Positions 25,148 through 31,351 of a DNA stretch of 31,351 nucleotides are shown piece after piece. Source of the stretch: Azolla caroliniana (Eukaryota; Plantae; Polypodiophyta). Below the pieces are notes generated by a model. It was not told where the DNA came from. It was given only the letters and a program-made list of their open reading frames with translations, and did not search any database. The DNA lies in contig JBHGNT010000362.1 in assembly GCA_043228905.1 (NCBI GenBank), positions 1 to 31,351 on the forward strand, written 5' to 3'. Both the position numbers and the translations under genes were made by a program. Positions within the stretch are counted from its first letter, which is position 1, and each line of letters begins with the position of its first letter.

Positions 25148-25706
25148 TCACATTTTGTGTGCTTTTTATCGTGATTCCTAATAAATAATATTTATATATT
25201 GCTTAAACAAGGATCCGAACCAGCTAGACTACAATGGAATTCATTTAGTAAATGATTTAGTTAATGTAATATTCTAGTGGTTTACTGGAAATATAGAAAC
25301 ATGGTGCAATGCCCATCGACAGTTGACCAATAGTGTGCTATCTATGTGTATTGTTTGAAATTGTATTGTGATATCCAAACAATAATTGTTGGTGTACTAA
25401 TTTGTCGTACCAATGTTGACGAATAACCAGAACCAAAGATATTGCTTTTTGTTGTCCCGAACAACATAATGTTTTGTCCAATTTCATTTGAAACCTCTAC
25501 CATTAATCGAATAATGGGATTATGTTTAGAAATTTATGTTAGGAGAGAAAAATCTAAGTAATGTTCGTCATGAATCCTTCAAACATAATATTGACTATTT
25601 TGTTAATTGTACATTATCGTAACATCTACTTTAGGTCTTGAGATTTTGAGTTGTCAAACAGTTAACACATGATATGCGTCCGAAATTTAATATATGATAT
25701 TGTCGT

Positions 25707-25779
25707 TTCGATTGCCGGGAGGTGAACCCGGGTCTCTCGGGTGAGAGCCGAGTATCCTAACCAACTAGACTACAATGGA
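25707..25779 (-). tRNA. trnE-CUC: tRNA-Glu(CUC), probably impaired
   Basis: Acceptor-stem mismatch (CAATCGA) and T loop TTCACCT (A58 lost). Confidence 0.65.
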
Positions 25780-26348
25780 TCACATTTTGTGTGCTTTTTA
25801 TCGTAACAATCATTGATTCCTAATAAATAATATTTATATATTGCTTAAACAAGGATCCGAACCAGCTAGATTACAATGGAATTCATTTAGTAAATGATTT
25901 AGTTAATGTAATATTCTAGTGGTTTACTGTAAATATAGAAACATGGTGCAATGCCCATCGACAGTTGACCAATAGTGTGCGATCTATGCGTATTGTTTGA
26001 AATTGTATTGTGATATCCAAACTATAATTGTTGGTATACTAATTCGTCGTACCAATGTTGACGAATAACCACAACCAAAGATATTGCTTCTTCTTGTCCC
26101 GAAAAACATAATGTTTTGTCCAATTTCATTTGAAACCTCTACCATTAATCAAATAATGGGATTATGTTTAGAAATTGATGTTAGGAGAGAAAAATCAAAG
26201 TAATGTTCGTCATGAATCCTTCAAACATAATATTGACTATTTTGTTAATTGTACATTATGGTAACATCTACTTTAGGTCTTGAGTTTTTGAGTTGTCAAA
26301 CAGTTAACACATGATATGCGTCCGAAATTTAATATATGATATTGTCGT

Positions 26349-26421
26349 TTCCATTGCCGGGAGTTGAACCCGGGTCTCTCGGGTGAGAGCCGAGTATCCT
26401 AACCAACTAGACTACAATGGA
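26349..26421 (-). tRNA. trnE-CUC: tRNA-Glu(CUC)
   Basis: Identical to consensus. Confidence 0.95.
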
Positions 26422-27520
26422 TCACATTTTGTGTGCTTTTTATCGTAACAATCATTGATTCCTAATAAATAATATTTATATATTGCTTAAACAAGGATCC
26501 GAACCAACTAGACTACAATGGAATTCATTTAGTAAATGATTTAGTTAATGTAATATTCTAGTGGTTTACTTCTAATATAGAAACATGGTGCAATGCTCAT
26601 CGACAGTTGACCAATAGTCTGCGATCTATGCGTATTGTTTGAAATTGCATTGTGATATCCAAACTATAATTGTTGGTGTACTAATTCGTCGCACCAATGT
26701 TGACGATTAACCAAAACCAAATATACTGCTTCTTGTTGTCCCGAACAACATAATGTTGTCCCTAACCAACTACATTACAATGGCTCCTATCTTGTGTATA
26801 GATATATTGCAATCATAGATTAGTAATAAATAATATTTACATATTGTGCAAGCATCAACAAGAAATTGAGGATTACTCTCACACACTCTCATTTTTAACA
26901 TTTAATCATTTTTAGGGGTTTTATCGATGTGACATTACATAATGATCTATGATGTATCTAGTTTTTCCAATGCCTATTGTTGTACCCCGGAGTCTCGTGT
27001 AAAAAACAAGGATCCAAACCAACTAGACTACAATAGAATTGATTCAGTACATGAATTAGTTAATATAATATTCTAGTGCTTTGCTTCAAATAAAGAACTA
27101 TGACGCAATGTTGATCGAGAGTTCACCATTATTCTACAATCTATGCGTATTTCGGGAAACTCTATGAAGTTATCCTAACTATAATTGTCGGTGTACTAAT
27201 TTGTCGTAACCATGTTGACAAATAACCACGACTAAATATATTGTTTCTTCTTGTCCCGAACAACCTAATGTTTTGTCAAATTTCATTTGAAACCTTTCCT
27301 ATTAATTGAATAATGGGATTAAGTTTGCAAGCATCAACAAAAAACTGAGGATTATTCTAACACACTTTCATTTTTAACATTTAGTAATGTCAAGGGTTTT
27401 TATCGATGCCACATTAACTCATGATATATGATAGATCGACTTGTACCCGGGCGTCTCAGGTAGAAAGCAAGGATCCGAGGCAACTTGATTACAATGGAAT
27501 TCATTTAGTAAATGAATGTC

Positions 27521-27586
27521 TAGCTGGGTACTCCACATCCGGTTCTCACCGGGTCTTCCGTAGCCGGGTACTCCACATCCGGTCTC
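27521..27586. repeat. Two-copy direct repeat, 40-bp period
   Basis: tagc(t/c)gggtactccacatccggt at 27521 and 27561. Confidence 0.85.
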
Positions 27587-27726
27587 TTACTAGGACCAAA
27601 TGGTCGAAACAAGGAGTGCGTAGGGATAGGCACACGACGATTAGAGGTTGCTTAAGCTAAACAAGAGAAAGTAGGCAACATACACTAATGAGAGAGAGAG
27701 AGATGTTTTTAATTCAAAGAGGGTGG

Positions 27727-27781
27727 TGGTCTTAGGCAAACTAGTTTCGCTCAATAGTGGAGCTCTTTAGTGCAAAGACCA
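27727..27781 (-). ncRNA. Minimal type I hammerhead ribozyme (G5A variant)
   Basis: Minus strand: TGGTCTT-T-GCA CTAAAGA GCTC cactatt GAGC GAAA CTAG T T TGC-CT-AAGACCA. Stem I TGGTCTT/AAGACCA plus GCA/TGC; core CUaAAGA...GAAA; stem II GCTC/GAGC; palindromic stem III ACTAGT; cleavage triplet GUU. Confidence 0.8.
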
Positions 27782-27800
27782 TTACAACAAGAGAATGTGA

Positions 27801-27806
27801 TTTATA
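27801..27806 (-). promoter_or_regulatory. TATA-like box in the pLTR-like region
   Basis: TATAAA(T) on the minus strand ~20 nt upstream of hammerhead stem I. Confidence 0.45.
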
Positions 27807-28020
27807 AAGGGGTGGGAAGGAAGAGGGAGTGAGAGAAAAGGAGTAGGGAGGATTTGATTTGTGTAGTAGATGAGAGAGAATAGAATGTGGTGATGAGAGA
27901 GAGAGAGAGAGAGAAATGTGTGTAGGAAAGTGATAGGGAATGAGAGAGGGGGAATTAGTATAATGATGATGGTGAGGGGGGAGTTCTTAATGTGATGAAA
28001 AAAGGGGATTTAGGATAATA

Positions 28021-28222
28021 TTAAGTGGGGGATGTGGATGAATTATTTGAAAACTTAGTGTTAAGTGGGGGATTTGGATGAATTGTTTGAAACTTTAGTC
28101 TTAAGTGGGGGATTTGGGTGGATTGTTTGAAAATTTAGTCTTAAGTGGGGGATTTGGGTCCAGATTGTTTGAAAACTTAGTTTTAAGTGGGGGATTTTGG
28201 TGGATTTTTTGAAAACTTAGTC
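28021..28222. repeat. 40-42-bp tandem repeat, five copies, overlapping the RT stop codon
   Basis: ttaagtgggggat(t)tgg..g.att.tttgaaa..ttagt at 28021, 28061, 28101, 28141, 28183. Confidence 0.93.
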
Positions 28223-30051
28223 TTAACTAGGAGGGCATGTAAGGACTTAGATTTTGTCCAACATACGAAAGGGCGTGAGATGCTTGTAAGCTCGGGATCT
28301 AACATTAAGTCATTATAGAGATTTTTTAGAAAACTATGAATGCCTAGTTTTGGGGTATGTTTGGTGTATCTAAGTTTAAAGATTGTGGGGTTAAGGGAAG
28401 TAATAGTTTTGGGTTGATATAGGAGTGTTTTTCTAAGATTAAAAGGTATTTTCTTATAGCTTTTTAGTATAAAGGACAGAGGGTAACCACGGTTAACTAG
28501 TCTATTGAAAAAGAGTTTTTTCATATGGTAGAAACCTAATGGGGTGCTTTCTCTAATGAGATATCTCTTCACTTCATTAGTGATAAAGTGTTGTTTCGTA
28601 TGGGAAGGATGATCCGATGAAAAAGGCAAGTATTGGTATGAATTGAGAGGTTTTTGAAAACAATTGAATAAGAAAGATGAATTTTCGAGGTTGATCCATA
28701 TGTCTAAAAAAGGTAGCCGAAAGGGGGAAGTTTGAATGGTAAGCTTGATGGAGTTATTTGTGTGTAAAGGGTAAAAGTCGAGATATTCTAAAAGTTGAGA
28801 TTTGGTGCCTGTCCAGACCCCAAATGCATCATCAATATAGCGGGTGAAGTAGAAGAGATGGGGGGGCGATGGTTGTAAGTTTTCGAGATATACTAAAAAG
28901 AGGCATGCATATACGACTGAAAAGTTGTTACCCATGGTCGTACCTTTTATTTGTTGGTAAACTACATCATCGAAAGTGAGATAGTGATATTCTAAAATAA
29001 GGGCACTAAGGGTATAGATGAGATTTGTTTTCCAAGGGGAAAAGTGGGGGGTGATTAGACTACGTAGGGCTTGGAGTCCTAGCTTAGGGGGGATACTAGG
29101 ATAGAGAGATTCAACGTCAAACGCGAATAAGAAACTATTAGATGGTGGGTGTAGGTTTTCTAGTGATTGGATTAGTGTGTGAGAGTCTTTTAGATATTGT
29201 GGTTGGAGAAGGAGGATTGGTAGAAGTTGGTGGTGTAACCACTTTGATTTTTGTTCAAATAAGGAGTTATTATATGAACAAATGGGCCGGAAACCCATAG
29301 GTGTTTTGTGTAATTTAGGGAGGAAATAGAGGTTGGATACTTGATATCCTTTTTTGGGTTTGTGGAGGATGAAATTAGCTTCAATTGGGGAAAGTGTACC
29401 TAAGTGGTTTGTTATTATGTTATTAAGGCGGTATAGTAACTCTTCCGAGGGGAAGTGGCTGACTCTCTTATAGGTGGTAGAATTCGAGAGGTGTTCTATG
29501 GCTTTGGTGTAGTATGTGTCTTTATCTAGAACACATACTCCCATATTTTTATCGGTTGGGAGGATGATAATGTGTTTGTTGTGTTGGAGGCTTTTAAAGG
29601 CTCTAGAGAGGTGGTATGGGATTCTAGTGTTTATGGGCTTAGTGTTGTGTGCTATTTGCTTAAGGATGTGTTGGTGTTTTTCTATTATGGAGACTAGGGG
29701 TGGATATTCTGTGGGTGGCATCCAACTAGGGTTAGGTAGTTTGAAGGGGTTGAGAGGAAGTGAAGGTGTATTTCTAAAAAAATGTTTTAGCTTGAGGGAT
29801 CTAGAGAGGTGGGTGAATTCTTTTAGGATATTGTTGGGGGAGGGAGGTGGGGATGGTAGGATATGCTTAAGGCCTAGGTTTAGCAATTGTGTTTCATTTT
29901 TAGTGAGGTTATGTTTAGAGAGGTTATGGATTTTACTATGAATTACTTGTGTACTAGTAAGAGGTTTCCAGAAGTTGGTTCTAGGTTTTTTATTTCGGGA
30001 TTTGGGGTGTGAAAGGAAGGGAAATAGTTTCTGTTTTCCCCCAAACCACAT
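28183..30051 (-). CDS. Penelope-like reverse transcriptase, 622 aa, no GIY-YIG domain
   Basis: ATG start, no interruptions. PLE N-domain IHNLSKHNLT..LLNLGLKH..LSRSLKLKHFF; IIILPTDKNMGVCVLD; LYFLPKLHK..GFRPICS; motif A FDVESLYPSIP; motif B QIKGTTMG; motif C RYIDDAFGVW; LPFLDI; thumb QKP..YQYLPFSSDHPSHTK..RGYP; linker PFVCWTKSKSLHALLV then stop. Confidence 0.93.
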   Translation of the reverse strand: MWFGGKQKLFPFLSHPKSRNKKPRTNFWKPLTSTQVIHSKIHNLSKHNLTKNETQLLNLGLKHILPSPPPSPNNILKEFTHLSRSLKLKHFFRNTPSLPLNPFKLPNPSWMPPTEYPPLVSIIEKHQHILKQIAHNTKPINTRIPYHLSRAFKSLQHNKHIIILPTDKNMGVCVLDKDTYYTKAIEHLSNSTTYKRVSHFPSEELLYRLNNIITNHLGTLSPIEANFILHKPKKGYQVSNLYFLPKLHKTPMGFRPICSYNNSLFEQKSKWLHHQLLPILLLQPQYLKDSHTLIQSLENLHPPSNSFLFAFDVESLYPSIPPKLGLQALRSLITPHFSPWKTNLIYTLSALILEYHYLTFDDVVYQQIKGTTMGNNFSVVYACLFLVYLENLQPSPPHLFYFTRYIDDAFGVWTGTKSQLLEYLDFYPLHTNNSIKLTIQTSPFRLPFLDIWINLENSSFLFNCFQKPLNSYQYLPFSSDHPSHTKQHFITNEVKRYLIRESTPLGFYHMKKLFFNRLVNRGYPLSFILKSYKKIPFNLRKTLLYQPKTITSLNPTIFKLRYTKHTPKLGIHSFLKNLYNDLMLDPELTSISRPFVCWTKSKSLHALLVKTKFSKNPPKSPT

Positions 30052-31054
30052 ATATGTGTCTTGGGTGGAGGGGGATCTATTAAGTAGGTAGAATAAACGT
30101 TTGCTAGGGTGTACGGCGTGTCTAAACCGTTTGTTAACGCGTTTAGCACGCCTAGCTAGCCGTTTTTTGGTCTACTAGGTTGTGGGTCTCCTAGTGGTTT
30201 TGCTCATCAGTATTGTTCTTCTCACTTCCCATTCGGAGGGACCTGTTTCCTAACACGAAACTGTTGTCGGTACGTTCTCTCTGCCTTCGGTCCTGCTCTT
30301 GCCAACCGGTACCATTGCGAGCCAACCCGCCTCGTCCACCACGCCCACGGGGCCAATCTGCCTCCATGTACAACATCCGGCTTTCGGTGGGTGCACTTGT
30401 TGACGCACCGACGTGGTTCTCCTCTACAAGGAGCATCAACTGTAAGTCGAAAAATGACGGTGTATTCTCCCTTGTACATATCGCCATTCAGAACGCTTTG
30501 AACTTAGACGTTAGGCCCCCAAGACAGATCTGCACCATCTCATCTTCCTCTACAGTGACGTTGATAGAGGCAAGTGAGTCACAGATCTCTTTGATTCGGG
30601 CCGTGTAATTGGCTACCGACATGTCCTTCTGTCGAACATTGCTCAACTCTTGTCACATCTTCTAGGCCGTAGTGGTTGCTGCGAAAACCTTGTTCAAGTT
30701 TCCCCAAGCCTCTTTTGGCGTCTTGGCATCTCGGACATGGCTCATCAGCTGGTCTCCGACACTGGACGCAAAGCAGTACATCACTCTGCTTGCCGCTTGT
30801 TCCCACACTGGGAAGTCCTTGTGTGCCGCATCAGGTGTTATGTCGTTAGCTCTGACAACATAGCTCCAGTAATCATGCCCAAGTAGGTACTGGTGCATCT
30901 TGTATGACCAAGATGCGTAGTTGGATCTATCGAGCTTCCACACCGGGAGCGAGCTAGCCATTCCTTTGTCCATCACTTCTCTTTCTATTCTTACCAGGTC
31001 TTAGGGTTTGTCTCTAGACGCTGATGTCGACTGCAAAGGTTCTCAACCCTCACA

Positions 31055-31065
31055 CTCTGATACCA
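31055..31065 (-). other. Primer binding site (tRNA-iMet)
   Basis: TGGTATCAGAG directly after the LTR-terminal CA. Confidence 0.9.
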
Positions 31066-31120
31066 TGAGAACACGAAGGTGCAGAAGCGTTAGACAACTA
31101 CCTTAGCCAGATAGTAACAT

Positions 31121-31147
31121 AGAGAGAGAGAGAGAGAGAGAGAGAGA
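31121..31147. repeat. (AG)n microsatellite inside the LTR
   Basis: About 13 AG units. Confidence 0.9.
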
Positions 31148-31351
31148 TTAACACACAGAAGGTACGCAGGAGAGACAGAGAAAGAGCATAACAACTTAAA
31201 CCTATATCAACAACTCTATAAAATTCTCTCTCTGTACATACAACGTGCTCGACAACACTATTTATACAAGTCCTAAGAGGACTGACAGAAGTACGGTGTA
31301 CTTCAATGCTCACATGAGCGTCTGACACTAACTACGAGAAATTAACTACCT

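Larger units (their letters stand above)
14463..27516. repeat. Main tRNA-Glu satellite: five 2005-bp higher-order units (14490-24514) plus a diverged tail (632/642-bp subunits and one 1618-type unit)
   Basis: tRNA starts at 15050/17055/19060/21065/23070/25075 and 15431/17436/19441/21446/23451 recur at exactly 2005 bp; the ORF track has no ORF between 14379 and 27421. Confidence 0.97.
27517..30256 (-). mobile_element. Penelope-like retroelement (PLE), apparently endonuclease-deficient; boundaries approximate
   Basis: PLE-type RT ORF, then 40-bp tandem repeats, pyrimidine-rich tract, TATAAA, hammerhead fold, AATTAAA and (CT)n. Left limit is the end of the satellite; right limit is the end of Copia gag homology. 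Confidence 0.8.
30257..31351 (-). mobile_element. 5' part of a Ty1/copia element (5' LTR 31066 to beyond 31351, PBS, degenerate gag), same family as 9054-14293
   Basis: PBS TGGTATCAGAG 31055-31065; gag from 30976 KLDRSNYASWSYKMHQYLLGH.YWSYV..AKTPKEAWGNL..LLVEENHV..RGRGG; truncated after DNSF. Confidence 0.92.

Noticed and set aside
14463-27516. CRISPR-like array (recurring aaccaactagactacaatgga and ataattgttggtgtactaatttgtcgta motifs)
   Set aside because: The intervening sequences are themselves repeated and hundreds of bp long, the first motif is a tRNA 5' end, there are no cas genes, and the context is eukaryotic.
14463-27516. Organellar insertion (NUPT/NUMT) or SINE origin of the tRNA copies
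   Set aside because: The anticodon is CUC and the sequence is cytosolic type (plant organelles use trnE-UUC); there are no poly(A) tails or TSDs around the copies.
27586-27612. Plus-strand hammerhead-like hairpin GACC-AAAT-GGTC-GAAAC
   Set aside because: The upstream box reads CTTACTA rather than CUGANGA, and stems I and III cannot be formed.
29516-29941. Antisense ORF within the PLE RT (and similar antisense ORFs in the Copia/gypsy regions)
   Set aside because: Shadow frames of biased coding sequence with no recognisable motifs.
29943-30149. Upstream ORF (NVYSTYLIDPPPPKTHICG) as an N-terminal GIY-YIG remnant
   Set aside because: Only vague resemblance, with no YIG-x-T, conserved Arg, or Glu/Asn motifs. 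An HMM search would settle it.
27517-30256. Telomerase (TERT), LINE, or group II intron RT
   Set aside because: No TRBD/T motif, APE/RLE domain or YADD/domain X; the DK, PKLHK and Y-L-x-x-x-S-x-HP motifs plus the hammerhead are PLE signatures.
9054-31351. The two related Copia pieces as halves of one element split by the satellite and PLE
   Set aside because: They overlap by ~280 bp of gag (14015-14293 versus 30257-30544), and both gag and LTRs are clearly diverged, so they are separate copies.

Overview
Repeat-rich, heterochromatin-like plant DNA with no intact host protein gene. A moss (Physcomitrium/Funariaceae-like) is my inference from recalled resemblance of the Copia gag and chromovirus sequences, not from a search. 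Left to right: 3' end and 3' LTR of a Ty3/gypsy chromovirus (1-1053); a diverged tRNA-Glu(CUC) satellite block (1054-4663); a truncated Copia (4664-~6100); a DDX3/DED1-type DEAD-box helicase pseudogene (8072-8992); a 5'-truncated Copia with a long post-RNase H extension (9054-~14293) carrying a nested 1140-bp solo-LTR-like insertion with a 4-bp TSD; a 13-kb tRNA-Glu(CUC) satellite with five nearly identical 2005-bp higher-order units (14463-27516); an uninterrupted 622-aa Penelope-like reverse transcriptase with no GIY-YIG endonuclease, followed by 40-bp tandem repeats and a pLTR-like region with a type I hammerhead ribozyme fold (27517-~30256); and the 5' end of a third Copia (30257-31351). 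The standouts are the endonuclease-less Penelope-like element with its hammerhead abutting the tRNA array, and the satellite itself, which is built from intact and decayed tRNA-Glu copies.
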